Assembly: GCF_004010195.1 (NCBI RefSeq)
Contig: NC_057734.1
Coordinates: 29,919,564 to 29,983,563, forward strand
DNA from: Chiloscyllium plagiosum
Lineage: Eukaryota
Direction of reading: 5' to 3'
Length of the DNA: 64,000 bases
The first letter of the stretch is position 1. Each line of letters opens with the position of its first letter. The notes under the pieces are model-generated. The model ran no database searches and had not been told where the DNA came from. It saw only the letters and a list, made by a program, of their open reading frames with translations. The position numbers were made by a program, and so were the translations under genes. Of this stretch, positions 28,401 to 39,345 are shown piece after piece.

Positions 28401-31400
28401 AGGATAACCTGACTGTATTTGTCAGTAATCTGTCATATTCAATGCCCAACCCTGAGGAGAGGCTGAAGGAAATGTTTGAAAGTTTTGGTGAAATTGCAGA
28501 TGTCCGCCCTGTTTACAATAATAGGGGACTTTTTCGAGGGTATTGTTATGTGGAGTTTAAGGAAGAGAAAGCAGCCACCAGTGCCTTGCGGCTGGACCGC
28601 CAGGAGTTAGAAGGCCGGCCAATGTTTGTTTCACCCTGTGTTGATAAAACAAAGAATCCAGATTTTAAGGTATTACTTTTGGTGTTTGTTATGATATTCT
28701 TTGAATATTTTTCCTTGTCTTTTGTAACTTTTCCTTTCTTTCAAGGAATTCTAATGCACCAAAGTGAAAGGACCCACTTCACCACCAATTCTGGTACATT
28801 TCTCAATCCCATAGTTATGTTTGTGATATGGTTCCAACCAAATTGATTCATATACTTGATGAGGTGCACCTCAGTGAATTTTGCTGTCACCTCAATCAAT
28901 GTTTACTTTGATCCTTAGTGAACCTTTGTCACAAAATGTTTAAGGGACACAATAAAGAATGGATAAGGTTAGTTATGAGGAAGGACTGAATGGGCTGGAG
29001 CTGTTTCCTTTGCAATAAAGGAAACTGAGGGGCGATTTAATTGAGATGACTTTAATGGTGTAGAATTCTGTGGGTCCTCGATAGAGTGGGTAGAAATGAC
29101 CTATTTCCTTGGTCATTATTCAGGAGTACATTTATATAAAGCAATTGATAAAATGAGAGGGTACATAATAAAGTTTATTTACTGGGATTGTGGGGATCTG
29201 GATCTTGTTGCTTTAAAAGGATGATAGAGTGAGAAATTCCCATTGCTGCATTTGAGAGGTGCTTGGATGTGAGTCATGGAATGTCAGTTGTGGCTCAGTT
29301 GGTAGCTCTCCTGCCTTTGAATCACAAGGCTCTGGCTTTAAATGCTAGGTGTGTGCACTAAACTCTTGGCTGGCATTCCAGTGCAGTACTGAGGGAGTGT
29401 TACACTGTTGGAGGAGTTGGCTTTTCAATGAGACGTCAAGTTGAGCCCCATCCTGCCGAAATGATATGAAAGATTGGGTGGGACCTTTCAAAGAAGGTCA
29501 GAGGAATTATTAACAATGTCCTGGCCAACGTTTATCAGCTTCACTAAAGTAGATTATCTAGTCATTATATGTTACTGTTGATGGGAGCTTGCTGTGCAAA
29601 AATGGCTATTGCAGTCCCTGCGATACAACAGTGATTACATTTCAAAAGTACTTGACTGAGTCTAAAACGTGGAGATAAGCAACAATCATAAAGAACGCGA
29701 TAACCCATATGATTATGGATAAAAAGGCAGGAAGTAAGATTTGACTGGATGTGTAACTTTTGGCTGGTACAGGACCCAATGTGTCAAATATTTGTCTCCT
29801 GTACCATTACATTTCTGTGATTCTAATATATTCTTATTTCACTACTTCCTTTGTTTGTCATGACTCTTGATTATCTAATTTTCTACTATTCGCTATTCTG
29901 CAAGTCATTCCCAGACAATGAAACACAACAATGAGGAACTGGTGTTTATTAAGATTCACTACATTGACAAGAAACAACAGAGCTTTAAATAAACCTGTTT
30001 TTCGCAATGTTTTCTGCCCATTCTTCTCCAGGTGTTTAGGTATAGCACTAGCTTGGAGAAGCACAAGGTTTTTATATCTGGTTTACCTTTCTCCTGCACT
30101 AAAGAGGAACTGGAAGAAATCTGCAAAGAGCATGGAAATCTAAAGGACATTCGTCTTGTCACTAACCGCTCTGGAAAACCAAAGGTACATCCTCTTACAT
30201 GTTGAGGAAGTGTTTGTTGCTTACTTGTGCAACAAGAATATTTTCTACCTTGAACAAACTGAGTAATTTCCACTCTTTGGAAACTGATTGATTTCAAAGG
30301 GACTTTGTGTTCGCAAGTCTGGGAACTTTAAATCTTAAATCGCCTTTCCTGGTCACTAGCAAAATCTTCAGCGCGTTGCATTGGCTGACCTGGGTTTTGA
30401 TGGTTTTAGTGTGAACACTCATGTTGAATTAACATTTTCACACACAATGTGGTGTGTATGTGGGATGAGCTGCGAGAGGAAGTGCAGTTACAACATTTAA
30501 ACAACATTTGGACAGGTACATGGATAGGAAAGGTTTAGAGGGATCTGGACCAAACACAGACATGTTGTTCAGTTCAGGAAACCTATTCAGCATGGACGAG
30601 TTGGGCCAAAGGGCCTGTTTCCATGATTTATGACTATTTGTTCTGCATTAAATTATGGTCTCTCAGTTTTCGTCATAGTATACAAGATGGTCTGTTCCTT
30701 GGATCTTAAACTAATATTGAAATTCTGTGTGGGAAGGTTATGCCCTGTAGGTAATTTTAACTTGAAGGTCATTGTGATGTAATTGCCACAGCATTAGCTG
30801 CAAACAGGGTGTACTGTAGCGTACAGATCGCCAGATTTGAGACTCAAGTTTGAAGTCTACCGACCAAAACCAGGAAAACTCCCTAAGCTTTTAAGTTTGC
30901 TGTGTCATTTGAGTCCATGGCTCACTGAGCTGGTAGATTTGTTCTCAGGTGTTTCGTCACCATGCTCGGTAACATCAGTGAGTCTCCGATGAAGTGCTGG
31001 TGTTCTGTCCTGCTTGCTATGTATCTGTCTTGGTCTGCTGTGGTGGGTGATATCACTTCCGGTTCTGTTTCTGAGAGGTTGGTAAATGGGGTCCAGGTTG
31101 ATATGTTTGTGAATGGAGTTCCAGTTTGAATGCCAGGCCTCTAGGAATTCCCGTGCGTGTCTTTGTTTAGCCTGTCCCAGTCATACTGGTGTCCCTTTTC
31201 GTCAGTGTTTATGGATACTACTGATTGTTGGTCATGTCTTTTCCAAAACATATCGATTTGTACCCCATTTACCAACCCCTCAGAAACAGAACCGGAGTGA
31301 TATCACCCACAACAGACCAAGACACACAAGTAGAAGTGGGGCAGAACACCAGCGCTTCATCAGAGTCTCATTGATGATGTTACTGAGCATGGTGACGAAA

Positions 31401-33357
31401 CATCTGAGAACAAATCTACCAGCTCAGTGAGCAAACCTACAACCTGAGCTATACATTTTCTCTAAAGTCTTTCATATGTGTCTGCCTATTAGCAACTATT
31501 CAATATTAGTTGTTTCCCATTTGAAGGCTGAATAATATTTGAATGAATTCTGTTTCAGGGTTTAGCATATGCTGAATATGAAAATGAAGCCCAAGCCTCC
31601 CAGGCTGTTCTTAAGATGGATGGCATGGTAATTAAAGATCACACAATCAGTGTAGCCATCAGTAATCCGCCCCAGAGAAAACAGACTACCAAGGTCGAAA
31701 CCAGCAGATCTTCTGGCTCATTGCTTCCTCGGCAGGTGTATGGAGCGTAAGTGTGAATCAAATTGTTACAACAATTACAATAGCTATTGTGGATGATACA
31801 GTTATAATTGGTGAGTTGGGAGTTGTCTAACCAAAGCTGATTGTGTCATCCATTTATTTCAGACAATAATTGCTGCTGAATAAGGAACATATTTTATAAA
31901 TGTTGGCTATTTGTGCTTGTTTTTAATACAGACATCTGAATCATTTGTGGCTCCATTATATAGAGTTGTCCCTTTTGTGGTGGTGACAATGTAAGCCAAG
32001 ACTAATATCCAGCTATTTCTAACGGGGGACCAGGTGCATGTGTCAAAACCAGCAATGCAAATAATTTAGCAGTAATACACATCTATGTATCTAATTATAT
32101 ATCACAGATCTAAAATCTAATTTTGAATTTGAGTCTTTCTGAAGTTTATGACAACAGAATTTCTAGTCAGATAGCAAACGTCTGAAGTTCTAAGTTCAGT
32201 TATTCCTCACTAGAAACAATTCTGATTTTTTTTGTTCCTCTTCTACATAGAAGAGCTGCATATAGATTATGGCAGTATTGCTTCTTGGATATATGCATAT
32301 TGCATATGTAAGTGATAAGGAAAGGATTAAGGGGGGATATGTTACATATCACAAAAATAAATCTATGTACTAATAGGGAAAATTCTGGCATTTACTATGA
32401 CAATGGGTTGAAAACAACATCATGTGAATTGGCAAAATGAGAACTGATCTTGATAGTGAATTATAACCTTGAAAGTGCTAGTTTAGGCAGGGTTGGTGTG
32501 GGCAAGGCTAATACAGGAGGAAATTGACTGATATCTGCAATGATCATGATGCATGGGTCAGGGGATAGAAAGTGTGTTTTGGTGCAGGTTGAAATTGTCT
32601 ATTTAAATCGTGATAGCTTGGAAATATAAAATTCCACAGTTCAAGTACCTTGAATGAGTAACAAGTTGTAAATGAGAAGCCTGAACGGTACTGCAAATGT
32701 AAGCGAACAGATTGAAATGAAACGTAAAGCCACTATCATGGAGTTTTGGGAATGGGATGTAGTGAGATGTGATTCAGGGAGATTTTGATGAGGGGAAACC
32801 CTTAAAACAGCATTTGACTTATCTACTAAGTGAAAAAGAGGTAGAACGCTGATGTTTATTACTAGTATGTACTAGTATTTGTAAAATGCAAGAATAAAAG
32901 ACAAGAAGGTATCAACTAATGGGGAATGAGGAGGATAGGATCATTTAAAAAGGCAGGGCAGGACCCATCCAAAGTGAAGTCCAATATGCACATTGAAACA
33001 TAGGGGAAACGGAATAGGAACATTGGTATAAATGTACAAAAGTAAATTTTGATAGCACCAAGAAATATGACTTTTGAATTGTGTCCAGAATTTTCTTGGT
33101 TTGCAGCAGTTTTGACACTATATGTTGATCCATGCGAATGCTCTCATTAACGCTGATATTTTTCTAGGAGGGGCAAAGGTCGAACACAGCTTGCACTTGT
33201 ACCTCGTGCATTACAACGTTTGCCTATACCTGCAGCGAATACTGAAAATGGTACTTTGAGGGATCAGGATGGCAATTCAAAAGGTGATTCCTCTGTAACG
33301 GGAGAGACTAAAAAGATGACGAATGCAGATTTTGCAAAAATGCTGCTGAAAAAATAA
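1258..33357 (+). CDS. SART3: SART3 (U4/U6 recycling factor Prp24/p110/TIP110), 19 coding exons, about 921 aa
   Basis: join(1258-1401,4050-4176,4480-4584,5789-5973,7812-7917,9126-9250,13259-13414,14563-14701,15830-15937,17664-17741,19098-19156,19920-20029,20564-20676,23356-23432,25150-25309,28227-28669,30032-30184,31559-31746,33168-33357) = 2766 nt, open frame. HAT repeats, basic NLS region, two RRMs, C-terminal LSm-binding motif KMTNADFAKMLLKK. Confidence 0.96.
1460..1620. repeat. C-rich low-complexity tract (G4-prone on - strand) at start of SART3 intron 1
   Basis: Many C3-C12 runs, for example ccccctcaccccaatcccaccgccc. Confidence 0.7.
1885..2830 (+). mobile_element. Decayed CR1-clade LINE 3' fragment
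   Basis: RT-like remnants (SKFVDDTK, RPHLEYCVQF) with stops, ending in a typical LINE 3'UTR. Confidence 0.8.
3294..3424. mobile_element. Penelope-derived short inverted-repeat element (family B, core deleted)
   Basis: ttaaaaatcacacgacaccaggttata / tataacttggtgttgtgcgatttttaa arms; 10-bp TSD tgtatcccat at 3284-3293 and 3425-3434. Confidence 0.7.
4050..4176 (+). CDS. SART3: SART3 exon 2
   Basis: ttttag|LSISAYDYNCHVDLIKLLRQEGELEKLRAARQKMSELFPLTE|gtagga. Confidence 0.93.
4480..4584 (+). CDS. SART3: SART3 exon 3
   Basis: ttgcag|ELWLDWLKDEILMAEGTADRENVYELFEKAIKDYI|gtaagt. Confidence 0.93.
5789..5973 (+). CDS. SART3: SART3 exon 4
   Basis: ttacag|CPEIWLEYAQYSIGGIGQQGGIERARAIFDRALTAAGLHMTKGVAIWEAFREFENAILGTLQ|gtaagg. 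Confidence 0.93.
7812..7917 (+). CDS. SART3: SART3 exon 5
   Basis: cgtcag|ASPGSILTPEQQEMVNAQLERIHTLFKRQLGVPLL|gtaaag; possible inner acceptor at 7865/7866. Confidence 0.88.
9126..9250 (+). CDS. SART3: SART3 exon 6
   Basis: tatag|DMETTYAEYEEWADELPSESVTQMYKKALQQMEKRKPFEESL|gtacaa. Confidence 0.92.
9330..11180 (-). mobile_element. Decayed CR1-clade LINE with nested SINE
   Basis: Minus-strand ORF SYLTNILEFF...VDVIYLDFQKAFQKVPHKRL; interrupted at about 9812-10155 by a SINE. Confidence 0.8.
9812..10155 (-). mobile_element. HE1/V-SINE-like tRNA-derived SINE
   Basis: Reverse complement of the ggcacagtggctcagtggttag head, V-domain-like core and LINE-like tail; same family as 26873-27175. Confidence 0.8.
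11326..11456 (+). mobile_element. Penelope-derived pLTR fragment (family A) with minimal hammerhead motif
   Basis: gattc CTGATGA a GGGC tttt GCCC GAAAC GTT gattt then the ...ccagcatctgcagtc tail. Confidence 0.7.
12009..12382 (-). mobile_element. HE1/V-SINE-like SINE
   Basis: Same head, core and tail as 26873-27175, reversed. Confidence 0.78.
13259..13414 (+). CDS. SART3: SART3 exon 7
   Basis: ttacag|LVADPPKLAEYQAYIDFEMKEGDPARIQIIFERALSENCLVPDLWARFTLYL|gtaagg. Confidence 0.94.
14563..14701 (+). CDS. SART3: SART3 exon 8
   Basis: ttccag|DRQLKIKDLVLSAHERAVRNCPWIVGLWKRYLLALERHRAEHKVIT|gtaacc. Confidence 0.94.
14883..15070. mobile_element. Penelope-derived inverted-repeat element (family B)
   Basis: About 85-bp inverted arms (caacaccaggttatagtccaacaggttta / taaacctgttggactatagcctgctgttg) plus a one-sided tail. 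Confidence 0.72.
15190..15690 (-). mobile_element. Decayed Penelope-like ORF fragment (RT C-terminus/linker)
   Basis: Minus-strand translation RFLLVLTYCPS...VHLQRDTTK resembles the PLE linker 'PLVLTYHP...HLQRDPTT'. Confidence 0.55.
15830..15937 (+). CDS. SART3: SART3 exon 9
   Basis: tgatag|ETFEKALNAGFIQATDYVELWQAYLDYLRRRVNFSQ|gtacag. Confidence 0.93.
17664..17741 (+). CDS. SART3: SART3 exon 10
   Basis: gaatag|DSSKELEELRSAFSRGLDYLKQDIEQ|gtatgt. Confidence 0.92.
19098..19156 (+). CDS. SART3: SART3 exon 11
   Basis: ttgcag|RFGESGDPSCTILQNWARIE|gtaaga. Confidence 0.92.
19372..19594. mobile_element. Young Penelope-derived element (family A): perfect palindrome with hammerhead cores
   Basis: Arms 19406-19499 and 19501-19594 are exact reverse complements; one-sided tail 19372-19405; TSD (t)agttctgtcttca at 19358-19371 and 19594-19607. 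Confidence 0.85.
19463..19504 (-). ncRNA. Minimal type I hammerhead ribozyme motif (PLE type)
   Basis: Minus strand: GATTC CTGAAGA A GGGC CTGT GCCC GAAA C GTC GAATC, giving stem I GAUUC/GAAUC, stem II GGGC/GCCC, loop-less palindromic stem III ACGU and a GUC cleavage triplet. Confidence 0.65.
19920..20029 (+). CDS. SART3: SART3 exon 12
   Basis: ttctag|ARLCKNMQKAREIWDRIMTKGNATYANMWLEYYNLER|gtaaga. Confidence 0.93.
20564..20676 (+). CDS. SART3: SART3 exon 13
   Basis: ttgcag|AHGDSQHCRKALHRAVQCTTDYPEHVCDVLLAFERVE|gtgagt. Confidence 0.93.
21377..21585. mobile_element. Older family A Penelope-derived inverted-repeat element
   Basis: Inverted arms (ggcagcatccgaggagcaggaga / tctcctgctcctcggatgcagcc) plus tail; TSD catattt(t)aatattca at 21362-21376 and 21586-21601. 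Confidence 0.75.
23356..23432 (+). CDS. SART3: SART3 exon 14
   Basis: tttcag|GSLEDWDLAVEKTETRLNRVNEQRAK|gtaagt. Confidence 0.93.
25150..25309 (+). CDS. SART3: SART3 exon 15 (basic NLS region)
   Basis: accaag|AAEKEALLTKQEEEKNMQRKKGRSEKKAARKAQKQALPGDKRKADEEEWGSQT|gtatgg. Confidence 0.9.
26873..27175 (+). mobile_element. HE1/V-SINE-like tRNA-derived SINE, near full length
   Basis: A box (tggcactgtggttagc), B box (gggttcaattcc), core tgtgtggagtttgcacattctcccc, tail ending in (aatct)n. Confidence 0.85.
28227..28669 (+). CDS. SART3: SART3 exon 16 (RRM1)
   Basis: tttcag|DQPNKR...TVFVSNL...RGYCYVEF...PCVDKTKNPDFK|gtatta. Confidence 0.94.
29285..29690 (+). mobile_element. SacSINE1/Deu-SINE-like SINE
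   Basis: tRNA-like head tggctcagttggtagc and Deu-domain-like gtgcagtactgagggagtg...gagacgtcaa; a more decayed copy lies at about 22020-22450. Confidence 0.6.
30032..30184 (+). CDS. SART3: SART3 exon 17 (RRM2 first half)
   Basis: ctccag|VFRYSTSLEKHKVFISGLPFSCTKEELEEICKEHGNLKDIRLVTNRSGKPK|gtacat. Confidence 0.94.
30917..31470. mobile_element. Penelope 3'-end insertion with inversion (family C)
   Basis: About 190-bp inverted arms; minus strand encodes GQAKQRHAREFLEAWHS (endonuclease C-terminus); degenerate hammerhead TTGATGA t GTTACT..GGTGAC GAAAC ATC near 31371-31405. Confidence 0.78.
31559..31746 (+). CDS. SART3: SART3 exon 18 (RRM2 second half)
   Basis: tttcag|GLAYAEYENEAQASQAVLKMDG...LLPRQVYGA|gtaagt. 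Confidence 0.93.
33168..33357 (+). CDS. SART3: SART3 exon 19 (LSm interaction motif, stop)
   Basis: ttctag|RGKGRTQLALVPRALQR...KMTNADFAKMLLKK*; TAA 33355-33357. Confidence 0.94.
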
Positions 33358-34160
33358 CCTGATGTTACAGCAATCATTGTTACACTGCTGGATGTCTGGA
33401 AACATGTGAACTGTCTTTACAGAAACTATTTGCATCTTTAGGCATGACTAGAGATTCTTATGAACAGTACTGAAATGTAAATAATCCATTTTTTTAAGAG
33501 TTTGACAAGTGTTAAATATCCTTGATGGAAGCTCCATGTTGCTTTGCTTTGTCAACATTTTTTAAGCAGTTGCTGAATTGTATTTACAGAGAATGGCTTT
33601 AATGTTTGTTTTGTTTATGATTGTGTTTTATAACTGTTAATTGGTTAGTTTTAAACAAGTGCCCTGGAAGCTACTGTTTTGCATTTTTGGTAAAAATATT
33701 TACATTACAGCAGGATCACAGGGACCATTTCATTGTTACTTTTGATATTGCTGTGATTTTTATATATGAATTGTAATGTAACATTAGTTAAGGATCATGT
33801 TTTGGATTCATTGGTTAAAAATCACAGAACAGTCAGGATGTGTTAAATTAAGGCTTCAGCTGCCCTCTTTAAGGGCAGGAGCAGGTTCCCTGAAAATGTA
33901 AGAAAATGTCATTGAATACACTGCAGTTGAACCAATTAAAAACTGTTTAAAACAAGGTACAAAAGCTATCCTTTCATTCTGAGCTATTGGGGCGGTCATT
34001 ACTGATTTTTGTATTCAAAATTTGTATGCTTACTTGACTTTTAGCTTTGTCAGACTATGGTTTAATCGGCTGAAATTCTACGAGTGATTTATCAGTCCAC
34101 AGCTGTACTACCAGCACATCTTTCATGTGATTTGTGAATAAACTAAGGCTTCATCTGCCT
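33358..34160 (+). other. SART3: Probable SART3 3'UTR with candidate polyA signals
   Basis: AT-rich unique sequence after the stop; ATTAAA near 33935 and AATAAA at 34137-34142. True 3' end not determinable. Confidence 0.5.
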
Positions 34161-35269
34161 TCCAGAAGAGCAAGACATTTCCTATTGGCATGCTGCTATT
34201 CATCTTTAACCCATATCACCTTTGTACTGCTGTTTACAGGACTTTGTGCAAATTGGAAGCAACCTTTCCTCCCCTACTAAGGTGACAACACCTACTATCT
34301 TAAAGTTCATGAAATAACATCCCTTTTTACTCTGGTAGATAAGTGGGTAGTACCAAGTGATATACACATCACTCACTCCCTCCCTTGAATCCACATCCTG
34401 TTATGAAATATTCTTTAGACTGGCAAAGGTGTGAGAAACAAGGGAAAAAATAATTATGTCTGTGCTATGTAAAACTGGGGCACTCGCGTCACAATAGGTT
34501 TGACAATTGACATTTGATGAAGCAAGAAGTGGGCCATCATGCCTTCATGTTTTCCCTGTTAGCCAATAAGATGGTGACTGATCTGTTCATGTTTCAAATT
34601 GCCACATTCCTTCTACCAGAATATTTACTTTCCTTGCTTAACAAGAATCTTAACCTTAAAAGAATTTAATGTTTCATCATAATTTGTCTACTTATAGTCA
34701 ATTTTAGGAGGTAAATCCATCTCATTCGATCTTTGCTATATGTGACTCCAAATCCACTTACCTACCCTCTGAAATACCAAGGCCTTAGTTTAAGAACTAT
34801 TACAAAACAGGATATCAGTGAACTAATAATTTTTTAAAATTATGACAATGTTTATTCATCTTGAGACGATTATTTGGAAAGCAAAGATGGCCCTTAATGA
34901 GTTAGTAAGGTTTACCATAAGTAGTAGGCCATTCGGCCCCTTAAGTCCACTCTGCCTTTCAATCGGATGATGGTTGAGCTGACATTGCTGATGTCACTTC
35001 CTGTCCTTTCCCAGTAAACCTTGTTCAATTGTACAAATAGTAGAAATCCTTGTAGCTGTTCGACACAGCTATACATTTGGTTCATTGACCCCTCTCACCC
35101 CAGCACTGAAAATATTGATGACAGAATATTCAGTATCTTCCAAAGCACATTGTTTCAAGTGATGTGAAAATAGCAATGTAAGTATTTAAGTTGAAATTAG
35201 ATTTTTTTAATCAAGAAACATAGTTATGAACTTTGTTCCACATCAGCCCACCAAAAGGAAAAGTCAAGA

Positions 35270-36532
35270 ATATCATAGATGCCAAAATACTTTATTTACA
35301 TCTTAAATAGTGTATATATATATATATATATATATATATCTATGTTTCACAAACAAATAAAGGCTTTGTTTAAGTAAAGTGCAATTTCAATTCACAAACA
35401 TCTCACTGGCCCATTGGGTTATTGTCCAATGAAATTTGCTAACACTGGTCTTTTATTCTAATCCTTAGTGATTTTAATTTCTCAAGTGCAAGATTTTAAT
35501 TAAAAAGTATAGAAATTATAAAACAAAAACAATTTCTTATAATGATGGCAAATTATAGTTTGAAGGAATGTGATTCAGTTTTTAAATCAATCAACATAAT
35601 TCAACACATCTAACACTCCAGGAATACCAGCAATTGGATACAATGCATTAATAATCTGCTGACCGACATCCTTCTTAACATCAGGATATCCAAAACATTT
35701 TTAAGATGGTTATGTAGCTTTTGAAAAGAAATTATCGGACTCAGCAATCGTTCATTGTGTTGTTTGGCTTGGAGCAATTACACATATCAGACTCCAGCTT
35801 CACTACATGCTGCAATTTCTGCAAGTACGAGACAAGTTGGAACAACGGGGTGATTTTTTTTTCCCCTCAATCTACTGGATTGCTAAAAAATGCCACCAAA
35901 ACAAAAAAAAATCAGCACTGAGATACTAAACAGGAGTTAATCTTTTAAACAAAATAGCTTTTTCTAGCAAGAGACACAAACCAAAGTTAAGTGTATGAAC
36001 AATACTACTTGCACCCCTCACTACAAACCGTGGGATGGACATTTTTTTTTAACTCTTGAAAATATACACAGCCCAATCTGTCATCATGTCCATAGTGTTT
36101 ATATTTAGACCATGTAAAATAGTCTCTGTAAATATAGACACTTAAAAATCAGGGATAGTATCGATCACAGATCAGCCTAAGAAATGCAGTCCCAATTAAG
36201 TTATGGCAATTGCCCAGTTCAGAATGTGTCCAGTTTAAATCACATCCTGTACCTGGATATAACCCAGAATACCTAAATATATTGTGGGTTTTTTTTTTGC
36301 AGCTTTTATTCTGCAGATCCAAACTGTTAAGCAACCAACATAACAAATGCAAACACGCATGGCTGGTTCAGGATCTCATGATAAAGCCAAGCAAAAAAAC
36401 AGCCTAACATGCACAACCCTTCAGTAAAGAACTTGACAAGTTTCTGAACTAAAGGAATCAATATTGACTAAAATTTAGACTGTTGTCGATCCCAGCAACT
36501 CATGTCCTTAAACAGCATGGAATAATGAGAGT
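35270..36532 (-). other. FICD: Probable FICD 3'UTR
   Basis: AT-rich sequence; minus-strand TGTAAATAAA (PUM-type element overlapping AATAAA) at 35291-35300. Confidence 0.5.
35313..35338. repeat. (TA)n microsatellite
   Basis: Direct read of 13 TA units. Confidence 0.9.
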
Positions 36533-37614
36533 TTAATTTTTAATTAGAATTGTTTGTGTATAATCTGAATGGTTTGGATTAGCTTCAGGTAAACCTTTAT
36601 CCACAGAGTGATCGGTTGTTGCAATTAGCAGTAAGTCAAGAGTCATTTCTGTGCACTTTCCAATGAAACGAATAAATGGTCTTACATCTCCCTCATTGGC
36701 CAAGTCCAGTGCACTATAATACTCAGCCCTTTGTTCCTTGCGGATAGTGACAGGTGGGTAACCTGCTTGCATTAGGATTAGATTCATAAGTAATCGTGCT
36801 GTCCTTCCATTTCCATCTATAAAGGGATGGATGTAGACAAGTTTATAATGTGCAAGGGCTGCAATTTCAACAGGATGTAGACTCATGGCTTCTTCAGAAT
36901 TCAACCACTGAACCAGCTCCTGCATTTGTTTCTTTACATCCCTTGGATGGGGAGGAATGTGGTGACCCACAAAGACTTGATTGGTCCGAAATCTTCCAGC
37001 TTCTACAGGGTCAACATATCCTAAAACTCTTTTGTGAATCTGTAAAATATCATCAATATTAACAGATCCAATTCTGGATACCAAAGACTTGTTGAGATAT
37101 TTCATGGCTGCATCAACCCCGATAACTTCATTCTGTTCCATCAGGCTTTTCCCGGGCACAGCATACCTAGTTTCTATGATGTGCCTGATTTCAGACAGTG
37201 TCAGTGTATTCCCCTCAATTGCCACGGTGTGATAAATATGATGGTAATAACTTTCTTCCATTACACGGTGCAGTGCTGCATTCCCTTTGGGTATAGCCAT
37301 CAATTTTTTAACTTTCCGGTCAAGAATACTAAATTGTTTTTGGTCAATTTCTTCCACCAATGGTAATGTCCTATCACGGTTGACCAATGCCTTCTCATCA
37401 CATGGAGAAATGGTCAAAGCTTTTGTATATAAATGGTCAGCCTGAATAACATCCTTATCTTCTTCCATGAAAACACCCAATTCATTTAAAGCGTCCACAT
37501 AATTAGGGTCCATGTTGAGGGCATGCATGAATAGCCTATATGCCTTCTCACGCTTTCCCAAACGTTTCATCTCCAGAGCCTGGTGCAGAGCAGCTTTAGC
37601 TTCCAACTGGATTT
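36533..37614 (-). CDS. FICD: FICD/HYPE (BiP AMPylase/de-AMPylase) last coding exon
   Basis: tttcag acceptor at 37616-37615; TPR repeats, inhibitory helix TVAIEGN, Fic motif [12 protein letters not shown], sequons NKS and NHS; TAA ends at 36533. Confidence 0.97.
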
Positions 37615-37931
37615 CTGAAATTAAAAATCAGTTTCTAATTTAAATGGAGCAAAATGTACCACATAGTCAGTAATGGATGAGATTTGTGGTCATTTGTAAT
37701 TACTACACAGGATAATCAGATCTTCAGCCAACTGTAACCCATTATGTCAAATGTCACAGACTGACTGCAAAATGGACTTTTGTTCTGGATTTCTGTATCC
37801 AGTTACTTTGAAACAAGTCACCTACCAGTCAATGAATATTAAAAGTTTGGCAGAACAGACAGCAAAATCTGGGACTTGGTATGAATGCATTCAGCTATCA
37901 GTACATGTGGTATTGCACAGATCCACAACAC

Positions 37932-38056
37932 GATGTGGAGGTGCTGGTGCTGGACTGGGGCGGACAAAGTCAGAAATCACACAACACCAGTCCAACAGTA
38001 CAGGCCAACAGGTTTATTTGAAACCACAAGCTTTCAGAGTGCTGCTCCTTCATCAG
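37932..38056 (-). mobile_element. Family B Penelope-derived fragment with hammerhead motif
   Basis: Minus strand: CTGATGA AGGAGC AGC ACTCT GAAA GCTT gtg. Confidence 0.65.
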
Positions 38057-38365
38057 TGGAAGTGTATACTTATTCACAAATAATTAGATTATCTGAAAAA
38101 TGATAGCCACTAGTTACATAACTGTGGACAGAGTGCCAAGATAATCTCCTACTGGGAATTGGTTAAAAGAAGCAGGAAGTAGAAAATTCAAAAGAGAGCA
38201 CATCCACTGATTAAATTTTATAGAATTCAAATGGCCATAGTCACATACAGTTGTCATAAATAACACAATGCAAATCATCAACTCTCTCAAACAACATTAT
38301 ATCCTATGTTTACACAAAATATTGATAGGTTGCAGCCATGTGGAACGGCCCGTAGCTGGATAATT

Positions 38366-39345
38366 TAGGGTGTAGGTTTGCTATTCAGACGTTTCATTAC
38401 CTGGCTAGGTAACATCAGTGGCAACCTCCAAATGAAGCGAAGCTGTTGTCTCCTACTTTCTACTTATATCTTTCTCCTAGATGGGGTTCCTGGGGTTTGT
38501 TGTGATATCATTTCCTGTTCGTTTTCTGAGGGGTTAATAGATGGCATCTAGATCTATGCGTTTGTTTATGGCGTTGTGGTTGGAGTGCCAGGCCTCTAGG
38601 AATTCTCTGGCATGTCTTTGCTTAGCCTGTCCCAGGATAGATGTGTTGTCCCAGTCAAAATGGTGGTTTTTTTTCATCTGTGTGCAGGGCTACGAGGGAG
38701 AGAGGGTCATGTCTTTTTGTGGCTAGCTGGTGTTCGTGTATCCTGGTGGCTAACTTTCTTCCTGTTTGTCCTACGTAGTGTTTCTGGCAGTCCTTGCATG
38801 GAATTTTGTAGATGACGTTTGGTTTTGTCCATGGGTTGTACTGGGTCTTTTAAGTTTGTTAGTTTTTGTTTGAGAGTGTTGGTGGATTTGTGTGCTACTA
38901 GGAATAGTGTTCTGATACAGCTTCGTTTGTGTGTGTTGGGATAGTTGCTCTCTCCCTCTTAGCCCTACACACAGACGAAAAAAATCACCATTTCGACTGG
39001 GACAACACATCTATCCTGGGACAGGCTAAGCAAAGACATGCCAGAGAATTCCTAGAGGCCTGGCACTCCAACCACAACGCCATAAACAAACGCATTGATC
39101 GAGATACCATCTATCAACCCATCAGAAAACGAACAGGAAATGACATCACCACAAACCCCAGGAACCCCATCCAGGAGAAAGATACAAATAGAAAGCAGGA
39201 GACAACAGCTTCGCTTCACTTGGAGGTCACCACTGATGATGTTACCTAGCCAGGTAATGAAACATCTGGATATCAAACCTACAGCTCAGCGAGCAAACCT
39301 ACACCTTAAACTTCAACCTGAGCTACAAACCTTCACAAACCTTGC
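38366..39345. mobile_element. Penelope-like element 3' end with inversion (family C) in FICD intron
   Basis: About 300-bp inverted arms; ORF HTDEKNHHFDWDNTSILGQAKQRHAREFLEAWHSNHNAINK (PLE GIY-YIG C-terminus); 12-bp TSD agctggataatt at 38354-38365 and 39346-39357; hammerhead at 39230-39269. Confidence 0.85.

Noticed and set aside
36533-37606. Long intronless Fic-domain ORF suggesting bacterial transfer or a toxin-antitoxin module
   Set aside because: It is the ordinary metazoan FICD large exon, with a spliced TM exon and conserved synteny.
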